64,000 bases of DNA. Origin: Campylobacterales bacterium. GTDB taxonomy: Bacteria > Campylobacterota > Campylobacteria > Campylobacterales > Sulfurovaceae. The stretch is taken from positions 898 through 64,897 of the forward strand of contig JAFGVX010000050.1 in assembly GCA_016937775.1 (NCBI GenBank), read 5' to 3'. The notes under the pieces were generated by a model. That model was not told where the DNA came from, did not search any database, and worked only from the letters and a program-made list of their open reading frames with translations. This document shows positions 32,339-40,920 of the stretch, piece after piece; the first letter of the stretch is position 1, and each line of letters begins with the position of its first letter. Both the position numbers and the translations under genes were made by a program.

Positions 32339-32413
32339 GACTTACAAACTCCTTTTTCAACTCTTTAGTGTATAATCTGTGGAATTATATCTAATTAAAA
32401 GGGAAGAGGGTTA

Positions 32414-33700
32414 ATGGATTATAACAAGAGTATAGAGGCATTCAGTGAGGCATATAAGTTTATCCCCGGAGGCGTAGATTCTCCGGTAAGAGCATTTAAC
32501 AGTGTTGGGGGAACACCACCGTTTATTGCTAGAGGTGAAGGTGCGTATATATATGATATTGATGGAAACCGATATATAGATTATGTCCAAAGTTGGGGTC
32601 CTTTGATCTTTGGTCATTGCGATAAAGATATAGAACAAAATGTTATCGAAGCTGTGCAAAAAGGGTTGAGTTTTGGAGCACCTACACTGAGTGAAACAGA
32701 GCTTGCTAAAGAGATAGTTGAGCTTTTTGAAGGTATCGACAAGGTACGATTTGTCAACTCGGGAACAGAAGCAGTTATGTCAGCTATTCGTTTAGCACGA
32801 GGTGTGACGCAAAGAGATGATATCGTCAAGTTTACAGGTTGTTATCATGGGCATAGTGATTCACTGCTTGTGCAAGCAGGGAGTGGGCTTGCGACATTTG
32901 GAGCACCTTCAAGTCCCGGAGTTCCTAAAGATTTTACAAAACATACCTATTTGGCACAATATAATAATATAGAAAGTGTGCAAAAATGTTTTGATGATGG
33001 AGAGATTGCTTGTGTGATCATTGAGCCAATCGCAGGCAATATGGGTTTGGTACCTGCCGATGAAAGTTTTTTAAGAGAGCTCAGAGCACTATGTGATAAA
33101 CATAAAGCACTCCTAATCTTCGATGAGGTTATGAGTGGATTCAGAGCTTCTCTTAAGGGCGCTCAAGGTGTGACGAATATCAAGCCTGACATTACGACTT
33201 GGGGTAAGGTTATAGGTGGAGGTATGCCCGTAGGTGCTTTTGGAGCAAGTAAAAAGATTATGGCATACCTTTCTCCCGAAGGACCTATCTATCAAGCAGG
33301 AACACTTAGCGGTAATCCCGTAGCTATGGCGGCAGGTCTTAGTGCACTCAAGAAGCTCAAATCAAATCCGTCAATCTATGTTTCGCTCTCAAAAAAAGCC
33401 AATACGCTTGTTGCCGGTTTTGAGAAAGCGGCTGCAAGTGTCGGCGTTGATATGGTAACCAATGTACGAGGATCAATGTTTGGTTTTTTCTTTAGTAAAA
33501 AAGAGGTTAAGAATTTTGAAGATGCACAACAAAATGATACGAAGATGTTTGCCACATTCCATAGCGCGATGTTAAAACGTGGAGTCTATTTAGCGTGTTC
33601 TTCTTTTGAGACAGGCTTTATATCAACAGCAATGAGTGATGAAGACATCGAATACTCTATTAAAGCTGCCTATGAGGCAATGGCGAACATAACGAAGTAA
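32414..33700 (+). CDS. hemL: Glutamate-1-semialdehyde 2,1-aminomutase
   Basis: 428 aa. [13 protein letters not shown]-terminus, class III aminotransferase. Confidence 0.95.
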   Translation: MDYNKSIEAFSEAYKFIPGGVDSPVRAFNSVGGTPPFIARGEGAYIYDIDGNRYIDYVQSWGPLIFGHCDKDIEQNVIEAVQKGLSFGAPTLSETELAKEIVELFEGIDKVRFVNSGTEAVMSAIRLARGVTQRDDIVKFTGCYHGHSDSLLVQAGSGLATFGAPSSPGVPKDFTKHTYLAQYNNIESVQKCFDDGEIACVIIEPIAGNMGLVPADESFLRELRALCDKHKALLIFDEVMSGFRASLKGAQGVTNIKPDITTWGKVIGGGMPVGAFGASKKIMAYLSPEGPIYQAGTLSGNPVAMAAGLSALKKLKSNPSIYVSLSKKANTLVAGFEKAAASVGVDMVTNVRGSMFGFFFSKKEVKNFEDAQQNDTKMFATFHSAMLKRGVYLACSSFETGFISTAMSDEDIEYSIKAAYEAMANITK

Positions 33701-33719
33701 ATATTTACGACAAAGGGGA

Positions 33720-34019
33720 GTGATGAGTCAAGAAAATGAACCTCGAATGAAAAAGGTTGTTGATGCCGCGGATGGTTTGAGCCTTGGTATCTCCATCGTT
33801 GTAGCAGTTTTGCTTGGATTTGCAATCGGCTATGGTCTTAAAAAACTCACAGGTATCTCGTGGTTTCTTTGGGTGGGTCTCTTTTGGGGAGTTGCGGGTG
33901 CAGTGCTTAATGTCTATAGAGCTTACAGAAAACAAAAAGATATGTATGATGAACTAGCAAAAGATCCACGATATAGCTATAAGAAGCAGCAAGGTTATGA
34001 CGATGATGACGATGATTGA
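33720..34019 (+). CDS. AtpZ/AtpI-like small membrane protein with poly-Asp tail
   Basis: 99 aa. Two TM helices matching the ATPase_gene1-type pattern (LGISIVVAVLLGFAIGYGLKKLTG..W). Ends in DDDDDD. Confidence 0.5.
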   Translation: MMSQENEPRMKKVVDAADGLSLGISIVVAVLLGFAIGYGLKKLTGISWFLWVGLFWGVAGAVLNVYRAYRKQKDMYDELAKDPRYSYKKQQGYDDDDDD

Positions 34020-34509
34020 TAAGCGTATCATTAATGCACTCTTGATAGTTGATATCGGTGTTGTGGTTTTTTGCTATCTTTTTGGCACGCGCACATGGCT
34101 TATAAATTCTCAGATAGGTTTTGTGAGTTCCCTCTTGGTTGTTTTGGCTTCCATGCATAGCTATAGCAAGATGGTACAGAGGCAAGTTGAAAATGCAAAA
34201 CCACTTGACAATGAAGATGATGTGCTAGAGAAAATTGAAGATCCACATGAGGTTTTCAGAGAAGATGCAGAGTCTCAAGAAGAGGATTCAAGGAAGGAGC
34301 CAAAAATCAGTGTGTTAGAATCATTGAAAAACTCAAGAGCTTCGATATCCTTTTATAGGATAGGTGCATATGGAGTATTTGCACTTGGTTTCTTGTATCT
34401 CTCAAGTAATAAAATTTTTCATATTTCAAGTTATTTTGTCGGTATATCTTTACCTATAGCTGTTATTGTTACTTTACTATTTTTGAAAGCAAAAAAAGGA
34501 GATGTATGA
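33997..34509 (+). CDS. Hypothetical membrane protein
   Basis: 170 aa. 2+2 TM helices with an acidic central loop. The start is ambiguous (MTMMTM) and overlaps the upstream poly-Asp codons. Confidence 0.45.
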   Translation: MTMMTMIDKRIINALLIVDIGVVVFCYLFGTRTWLINSQIGFVSSLLVVLASMHSYSKMVQRQVENAKPLDNEDDVLEKIEDPHEVFREDAESQEEDSRKEPKISVLESLKNSRASISFYRIGAYGVFALGFLYLSSNKIFHISSYFVGISLPIAVIVTLLFLKAKKGDV

Positions 34510-34529
34510 TATTGAGACAAATGCATTTT

Positions 34530-34599
34530 GGATTGCCACGACTTTTTCAAAGTCTCGCAATGACAGTCATTGGGATGGGCAAAGCGAAGAAGCAATCCA
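34530..34599. repeat. Family-B palindromic composite element (about 70 nt)
   Basis: ggattgccacgactttttcaaagtctcgcaatgac a gtcattgggatgggcaaagcgaagaagcaatcca. Ends ggattgc/gcaatcc are perfect inverted repeats. Confidence 0.8.
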
Positions 34600-35267
34600 T
34601 TTACCTTAAAAGTATATTTTTATTTTTTGCAATTTTTAGTTTTGGATATGCAAAAGATTTTGTAATCATCGATAAACCTATAGATTTTAGTCCAAATAGA
34701 ATATCTATGACAAAAGATTATATCAAGGTTCATTATGGTTTGGATGTTAAAGATATAACTATAAATCCAAAGATTATAGTGCTTCATTGGACGGCAGTTC
34801 CGACACTTGAGGGTTCATTTGATAGGTTGAGACCGGAACTTTTGCTTACCGATCGCAAAGATATAGCAGCTGCGGGGGCTGTGAATGTTTCATCTCATTT
34901 TTTAGTTGATAGAGACGGGACTATATATAGATTGATGCCCGAGAATTATATGGCAAGGCACACTATAGGGCTTAATTATTATGCGATAGGCATAGAAAAT
35001 GTCGGAGGCAAGGGTGATAAGAGTGAAGATTTGACCCAAGCTCAAGTAAAAGCAAATGCTTATTTAGTGAGATATCTGAAGACAAAGTATCCTGACATTG
35101 AGCTTTTGATGGGACATCATGAATATGCTAAAATGAAGAAAACAAAGTATTGGCTAGAGAAGGATGATAATTATTTTACGCAAAAAAATGATCCGGGCGA
35201 TATCTTTATGAATGCTGTTAGAAGCAAAGTTGTTGACATTGGGCTCAAAAATCCAAGCGAGTTTTAA
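34575..35267 (+). CDS. Secreted N-acetylmuramoyl-L-alanine amidase (Amidase_2/PGRP fold)
   Basis: IVLHWTAVPT...SSHFLVDRDGTIY...IGIENVG. I place the start at MGKAKK (34575), upstream of the signal peptide. The 23 codons from 34506 are encoded by the repeat element. Confidence 0.7.
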   Translation: MGKAKKQSIYLKSIFLFFAIFSFGYAKDFVIIDKPIDFSPNRISMTKDYIKVHYGLDVKDITINPKIIVLHWTAVPTLEGSFDRLRPELLLTDRKDIAAAGAVNVSSHFLVDRDGTIYRLMPENYMARHTIGLNYYAIGIENVGGKGDKSEDLTQAQVKANAYLVRYLKTKYPDIELLMGHHEYAKMKKTKYWLEKDDNYFTQKNDPGDIFMNAVRSKVVDIGLKNPSEF

Positions 35268-36763
35268 TGCAAAGCGGATTTGGTATAGTTGATTGGGGTG
35301 TTTTGATAGCCTATTTTTTGATTATTGCACTTAGTTCCTTCGTTTTTAGCCGTATCAAGATCGCAACTTCTAGAGACTATTTTGTCGCTTCTAATAGCGT
35401 GCCGATGTTTGCTGCAGCCATCTCTATACTTGCCACAACTCAATCGGCTGCCACATTTTTAGGTGGCCCTGAATACTCCTATCTTCATGATCTTACCTTT
35501 GTTGGCTTTTATGTTTCGGCATTTCTAGCTGTTATTTTTGTTGCTTGGGTGCTTATTCCAAGATTCTATGCACTCAAAGCAGTTACTGTTTATGAGCTTT
35601 TGGAAAATCGATATGGCGCGAGTGCTAAAAGAGCAGCAGGTGTGATGTTTTTGGTAGGTCGTCTCTTTGCTAGCGGTGCTAGACTCTACATCGGCGCACT
35701 TGCGATATCGATGATACTTTTTTTGGATATCGAGGCTTTCCATGTTGCTATATCGGTAGTAGTTTTGATGTTTGGTGCGCTTTTATATGTTTATTTCGGC
35801 GGTGTCAAATCGGTCATCTTCTCTGATATCATCCAAGCATTTACCTATATCGGGGCTGCGATTGCCGTGATATGGTATCTCTATATTTCGCTCGATAGTG
35901 ATATGTCAACGATAATAAACACTCTTTATACATCCGGTAAGTTGAAGCTCATAAGCTTTGAGGGTGATTTTAGTATTTGGGCGTTGCTGAGCGGATGGTT
36001 TTTGCTCAATGTTGCAGCGTATGGGCTTGATCAAGATATGACACAAAGAGCACTCTCGTGTAAAGATACAAAAAGTGCACAAAATTCGCTTCTCTTCTCC
36101 GTTTTGCTCACACTTCCTGTTGCATTTCTTTTTTTGATCATCGGACTGCTTTTATACCTCTTTTATGCAAAAGTAGGCATTGCTTCAAAAGAGTTTGACG
36201 GAGAGAGTGTGACGATATTTATGTACTATATCCTCCATGAGATGCCTGAAGGTTTGCGAGGGCTTGTGACTGTGGGCGCCATAGCCGCAGCACTCTCATC
36301 TTCTAACTCTGTGTTGGGTGCCATGGCTTCTGTGGCGATAGAAGACATCTATAAGCCTTGGAAGTTGGCACGAGGCAGTATCGGCGAAGCACACTTTGTA
36401 AGAGCAGGGAGGATGAGTGTTGTGGTATTTTCTATTTTGCTCTCACTTATGGCGATGCTGAGTTATTATTGGCAGCACCATAGTGGCACATCTCTGCTTA
36501 GTTTTGCTCTTGGCGTGATGGCATTTGCTTATGCGGGGCTCCTAGGAGTCTATGGTGCAGCGATCTTTACAACTAGAGGGAGTGCGAAAAGTGTATTATT
36601 TGCTCTTGGCATGGGGTTTTTGACAGTACTTCTTTTGCAGCCTTATATCTTTGGTGCTAATATAGGGTTTTCTTGGCAGATAGTTTTAGGAACCGCTGCT
36701 TCATTTGGAGTGATGATGCTGAGTAAAAATCGCAGAGACATACAAAAGGACATCTATGAGTGA
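35267..36763 (+). CDS. Sodium:solute symporter (SSS) family transporter
   Basis: 498 aa, about 13 TM helices, SSS-type N-terminal region. TAATG overlap with the amidase gene. Confidence 0.75.
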   Translation: MQSGFGIVDWGVLIAYFLIIALSSFVFSRIKIATSRDYFVASNSVPMFAAAISILATTQSAATFLGGPEYSYLHDLTFVGFYVSAFLAVIFVAWVLIPRFYALKAVTVYELLENRYGASAKRAAGVMFLVGRLFASGARLYIGALAISMILFLDIEAFHVAISVVVLMFGALLYVYFGGVKSVIFSDIIQAFTYIGAAIAVIWYLYISLDSDMSTIINTLYTSGKLKLISFEGDFSIWALLSGWFLLNVAAYGLDQDMTQRALSCKDTKSAQNSLLFSVLLTLPVAFLFLIIGLLLYLFYAKVGIASKEFDGESVTIFMYYILHEMPEGLRGLVTVGAIAAALSSSNSVLGAMASVAIEDIYKPWKLARGSIGEAHFVRAGRMSVVVFSILLSLMAMLSYYWQHHSGTSLLSFALGVMAFAYAGLLGVYGAAIFTTRGSAKSVLFALGMGFLTVLLLQPYIFGANIGFSWQIVLGTAASFGVMMLSKNRRDIQKDIYE

Positions 36764-37940
36764 ACTTTATATCGGTGTGATGAGCGGAACCTCTCTTGAT
36801 GGCATCGATGTTGCCCTTTGTGAGATAGACGCCCATAGCTGTAAACTTGTAGCATCACAGAGCTCTCCACTCCCACCCAAGCTTAAAGCCATGATACTCC
36901 ACGCTATAAACTCCAAGATAACCCTAGAGGAGTTCACAAAGCTTGATCATCTTTTGGGTCTTGCGTTTGCTAAGAGTATTGATGCTCTCCTAAAGAGCAC
37001 AAGTTATGAAAAAGGTGATATCAAAGCCATAGGTTTACACGGACAGACTCTTTGGCATACTCCAAAAAGTGCCACTCCAAGTTCGCTGCAACTAGGAGAT
37101 GCCAATGTGGTTGCTGTGCAGAGCAAGATAGATGTCGTGAGTGATTTTAGGCGTAAAGATGTAGCACTTGGAGGTGAGGGCGCCCCCCTTGCTCCTGCGT
37201 TTCATGCGTTTTTATTTCAAGACATCATCGATGAGACTGCTGTAGTCAATATCGGCGGTATGTCTAATATCACTGTCAAGGATAACAGTAAACTCATAGG
37301 TTATGATGTAGGGTGTGGCAATGTACTTCTTGATATGTGGATAGGTATACAGCAAGATAAAAGCTATGATGAGAGCGGAGCGTGGGCAAAGAGCGGCAAG
37401 ATGATTCAATCTCTTTTGGATACCATGCTTAGCGATGTCTATTTTGCAAAAAGCTATCCAAAGAGTACGGGCAGGGAGTATTTCAATCAAGAGTGGCTTG
37501 AAGATAAATTATTCTGTCATTCTGAACTCGTTTTGGAATCAAAAAATAGGGAGATCCTGAAACGAGTTCAGGATGACAACAGAGAATCAAAAAAAGAGGA
37601 GATCCTGAAGCGAGTTCAGGATGACAAGCGGTTGCAAGCAGATATCCAAAGAACACTGTTAGAGCTCACAGCATTAAGCATTGCCAAAGAGGTCAAGAGG
37701 TTTGATAAAAAGAGAGTTATGCTTTGTGGGGGTGGGGCTAAAAATAGCTTTTTAGTAGAACGCCTAAGAGTAAACCTCCCTCAAGTAAAAGTGGAAATTG
37801 CCCAAAATAGTGATATATTAGAAGCGATGGCATTTGCTTGGTTAGCTTCTATGCGTGTGTATGGTAAAAGTGTAGAGTTAAGCAGTGTAACAGGCGCAAA
37901 AAAAGATGCCATACTTGGAGCGATTTATGCAGGAGATTAA
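36756..37940 (+). CDS. anmK: Anhydro-N-acetylmuramic acid kinase, carrying an in-frame repeat insertion
   Basis: 394 aa. GVMSGTSLDGIDV, DFRRKDVALGGEGAPL, KSTGREYFN and SVTGA motifs. 8-nt overlap with the transporter gene. Confidence 0.85.
   Translation: MSELYIGVMSGTSLDGIDVALCEIDAHSCKLVASQSSPLPPKLKAMILHAINSKITLEEFTKLDHLLGLAFAKSIDALLKSTSYEKGDIKAIGLHGQTLWHTPKSATPSSLQLGDANVVAVQSKIDVVSDFRRKDVALGGEGAPLAPAFHAFLFQDIIDETAVVNIGGMSNITVKDNSKLIGYDVGCGNVLLDMWIGIQQDKSYDESGAWAKSGKMIQSLLDTMLSDVYFAKSYPKSTGREYFNQEWLEDKLFCHSELVLESKNREILKRVQDDNRESKKEEILKRVQDDKRLQADIQRTLLELTALSIAKEVKRFDKKRVMLCGGGAKNSFLVERLRVNLPQVKVEIAQNSDILEAMAFAWLASMRVYGKSVELSSVTGAKKDAILGAIYAGD
37516..37627. repeat. Three family-A hairpin modules (one forward, two reverse) inside the anmK reading frame
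   Basis: gtcattctgaactcgttttggaatc (37516-37540), gatcctgaaacgagttcaggatgac (37553-37577), gatcctgaagcgagttcaggatgac (37601-37625). Confidence 0.85.
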
Positions 37941-38865
37941 AAGTTGGCTAGAACATATCGAGTTCAATTATGATACTATTCAAGAGGCATCAAGCGATGC
38001 AAGTTTTCGAAGATATTATAGGCTTATTTTTGGTGAGCAAAGTTTTATACTTATGGATGCTTCAAAACAAAAAGCGGCACTTAAACCACATATAGATATC
38101 TCTATGAGACTTGAAAAAGTCGGGGTAAATGTACCGAGGATTTTAAAACAAGATATTGCCAAAGGTTACCTTATCATCGAGGATTTTGGGGAGCATCATC
38201 TTTTTGATATTTTAAAATATCAAGATAGAGAAATGCAACTTCTTATCTATAAAAAGGCGATTGATGTTATAGTAAGAATGCAACGAGCCGATACCTTTGG
38301 ACTGCCTTTGTATGATAAAGATTTTCTGCTTTTCGAGATGGACTTGATGCAGGAGTGGTACCTAGAAAAGCATCTCAAAAAAGAGCTTAATAATGCACAA
38401 AAAGAACAATTCAAAGATGCGTTGTTGTGGATAGCAGATGAGATTCTTTCACAACCTCAAGATACTTTTGTGCATAGAGACTTTCACTCACGAAACATTA
38501 TGGTGCAACAAAACGGTAGACTTGGTGTTATTGATTTTCAAGATGCCAGGTGTGGAGCGATCACCTATGATCTTGTTTCGTTACTTAAAGATTGCTATGT
38601 GGAACTTGAAGAGGATGTACAAAAAGAGCTTGCACTCTATTTTAGAGATCAAAAAGGCTTAAGCACGGATGATGAGCGTTTTCTTTATTGGTTCGATATG
38701 ATGGGCTTACAAAGACATATCAAGATACTCGGCATTTTTGCAAGACTTGCTCTACGCGATGGCAAGGATGGATATCTTCAAGAGATTCCTTTGACGCTCA
38801 GATATGTTCAGCAGACTGCCAAAAAGTACCCACAGGCACAAGGATTATTAGATATTTTGGCATAA
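37927..38865 (+). CDS. amgK: N-acetylmuramate/N-acetylglucosamine kinase AmgK (aminoglycoside-phosphotransferase fold)
   Basis: SDASFRRYYRL, ILMDA and HRDFHSRNIM motifs. ATG at 37927 has GGAG upstream. An alternative ATG lies at 37906. Confidence 0.75.
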   Translation: MQEIKSWLEHIEFNYDTIQEASSDASFRRYYRLIFGEQSFILMDASKQKAALKPHIDISMRLEKVGVNVPRILKQDIAKGYLIIEDFGEHHLFDILKYQDREMQLLIYKKAIDVIVRMQRADTFGLPLYDKDFLLFEMDLMQEWYLEKHLKKELNNAQKEQFKDALLWIADEILSQPQDTFVHRDFHSRNIMVQQNGRLGVIDFQDARCGAITYDLVSLLKDCYVELEEDVQKELALYFRDQKGLSTDDERFLYWFDMMGLQRHIKILGIFARLALRDGKDGYLQEIPLTLRYVQQTAKKYPQAQGLLDILA

Positions 38866-38866
38866 T

Positions 38867-38928
38867 GTCATTATGAGGTTTTGTTGGAATCTAAAAATGA
38901 AGAGATCCTGAAACGAGTTCAGGATGAC
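38867..38928. repeat. Family-A inverted doublet (REPIN-like), 62 nt
   Basis: gtcattatgaggttttgttggaatc + 12 nt + gatcctgaaacgagttcaggatgac. About 85 percent identical to 37516-37577. Confidence 0.8.
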
Positions 38929-38953
38929 GATAAATTTTAAAATGGAAAAAAAT

Positions 38954-39008
38954 GTCATTCTGAATTTATTTGTCCTCAGGCTTCGCCCTGCGAGATTTCA
39001 TCAGAATC
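38954..39008. repeat. Family-A module interrupted by a 30-nt GC-rich insert
   Basis: gtcattctgaatttattt[gtcctcaggcttcgccctgcgagatttcat]cagaatc. Confidence 0.65.
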
Positions 39009-39029
39009 TAAAACGATAGAGGGAAAAAT

Positions 39030-39680
39030 ATGAAAGCGATGATATTAGCAGCAGGTAGGGGCGAGCGGATGATGTCACTAACAAAAGATTGCCCAAAACC
39101 GCTTCTTATGCTTCAAGGTAAGCCATTAATCGTTTGGCAGATAGAAAGACTTGCGAATGCCGGTTTTAAAGAGATTGTTATCAATATAGCCTATCTCGGC
39201 AGTATGATTGAAGAAACTTTGGGCGATGGCTCAAAATGGGGCGTGAAGATATCCTACTCGAATGAGCAAGAGAATGCGCTCGAGAGTGCAGGAGGTATCA
39301 TAAAAGCACTTGATCTGCTTGGGAAAAAATTTCTAGTTGTAAATAGTGATTTATGGTGTGATTATATTCCTCAAAATAGTTATGATCTTGGGAAAAAAGT
39401 AGCACATCTTATCATGGTGCCAAACCCTGAGCATAATAAGCAAGGAGACTTTGGGCTTATGGGTCATGATATCACGCTTTCAAGCGGTGAGCGATATACA
39501 TTTTCAGGTATCGGCTATTACTCTAAAGAACTTTTTGAAGGCTTAGAGCAGGGCAGAAGAAAACTAGGTAATGTATTAAGAGAAGCCATCAAAGATGGTT
39601 TGGTAAGTGGTGAATTATATAAAGGAATATGGCGTGATGTCGGAACACCCGAGAGGCTCAAAGAGATTGAATCTATTTGA
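39030..39680 (+). CDS. murU: N-acetylmuramate alpha-1-phosphate uridylyltransferase MurU
   Basis: 216 aa. MKAMILAAGRGERM nucleotidyltransferase N-terminus. Lies just after amgK, a pairing I recall as typical. Confidence 0.75.
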   Translation: MKAMILAAGRGERMMSLTKDCPKPLLMLQGKPLIVWQIERLANAGFKEIVINIAYLGSMIEETLGDGSKWGVKISYSNEQENALESAGGIIKALDLLGKKFLVVNSDLWCDYIPQNSYDLGKKVAHLIMVPNPEHNKQGDFGLMGHDITLSSGERYTFSGIGYYSKELFEGLEQGRRKLGNVLREAIKDGLVSGELYKGIWRDVGTPERLKEIESI

Positions 39681-40026
39681 TTGGTGTGATCGTATATTTT
39701 GTGCCTTTTTCTTCGCCACCTTCTAGCACGACATAATAGCCGAACTCTTTTTCACATCCAAAAGCCGTCCATCTTTCTTTTATTTTGTAATGACTAGGTT
39801 TTGATGAGTAGACTTTTATTACTTCAGTAAACGTATTTTTAACTACTAAACACTCTCTTGTTTTAAGGTTATCGGAGATTGATTCTAAAATATCAAGCTG
39901 TAATACTCTATCGGCTTTTGTTTCTCCGTGAATAGTGATGTTTTCATATGCAATTTTTGGTCCAAACAACGAAGTGCAGCTACTAAAAAAGAGTGGAAAG
40001 GTTATAAATATTATAATTTTTTTCAT
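39673..40026 (-). CDS. Hypothetical lipoprotein
   Basis: 117 aa. Lipobox FFSSC. Its stop overlaps the murU stop by 8 nt (convergent). Confidence 0.5.
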   Translation of the reverse strand: MKKIIIFITFPLFFSSCTSLFGPKIAYENITIHGETKADRVLQLDILESISDNLKTRECLVVKNTFTEVIKVYSSKPSHYKIKERWTAFGCEKEFGYYVVLEGGEEKGTKYTITPIK

Positions 40027-40060
40027 GAAATTTAACTTTTTTTATTTAGTATAGCAGATA

Positions 40061-40891
40061 TTAGCTTATCGTTTTTTTTGAGAGATATTTTGCCACACCG
40101 TCTTCGTCATTTGTGTGTGGTAGGATGATGTTTGCTTTTGATTTGACGATATCAAGTGCATTGGCGACTGCTACTGATGTGCCTGCAAGTTCAAACATAG
40201 CTATATCATTGATGCTATCACCAAAAACAGTCAAATCTTTGAAGTCTATATCATGGTATTCACAGACTTTTTTAAGTGCATGGGCTTTATCGCCTTGCGT
40301 GTGTAAAATGGTCAAGAAGTAACCGCCGAAATATTTCTCTGGGGAGAGTTTAAATTCTAGAGTATCTCCAAAAATACCCTGTAGGTGCGCATCAAGGAGT
40401 TCAAGCTCCTCTTGTGTACCGAAATAGACAAGTTTGATGTTTATATCGCGCGCTCGTATATCATCTTCGTAGAGTACCCGAGGATCATTTTTGTAGTTTA
40501 TAAGTACTTTTTTTTGATTTGCATTGAGTTGAGTGGGAATAATAAAAGACTCATCCATGCTTTTTTCATCATTAAGTGCGATGATAAAAGGATAGATGCC
40601 AAGTCTTGCACCCTCATTAATAATCATATCGGCAGTTGCTTTATCGATAGTGCAAATATCAATTATTTTTTTATCTTTCGTGGCAACAAGTGCGCCATCA
40701 AGCAATATCATAGGTGTATTAATGTCAATCTGTTTCGCAATATCACTGCTACTGTAAAAACTGCGTGCTGTGGCTATAGAGAAGTAAGATGTTGCAACAA
40801 GCTCATTGAGTATATCAATCGTAAAACGACTTATACTTCTATCATTTCTAAGGAGAGTATGGTCAAGGTCAGTTATAAAAAGCTTTTTCAT
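40061..40891 (-). CDS. Cof-type HAD-IIB family phosphatase
   Basis: 276 aa. DLDHTLL motif I, GDSINDIAMF motif IV. Confidence 0.75.
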   Translation of the reverse strand: MKKLFITDLDHTLLRNDRSISRFTIDILNELVATSYFSIATARSFYSSSDIAKQIDINTPMILLDGALVATKDKKIIDICTIDKATADMIINEGARLGIYPFIIALNDEKSMDESFIIPTQLNANQKKVLINYKNDPRVLYEDDIRARDINIKLVYFGTQEELELLDAHLQGIFGDTLEFKLSPEKYFGGYFLTILHTQGDKAHALKKVCEYHDIDFKDLTVFGDSINDIAMFELAGTSVAVANALDIVKSKANIILPHTNDEDGVAKYLSKKTIS

Positions 40892-40920
40892 TTTTTTGAT
40901 TATAGCACTTTTGTTTAAAG

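Noticed and set aside
40385-40918. 177-aa plus-strand ORF
   Set aside because: It is antisense to the well-supported Cof-type HAD gene. Cys/Ile/Phe-rich composition is typical of a shadow ORF in AT-rich DNA.
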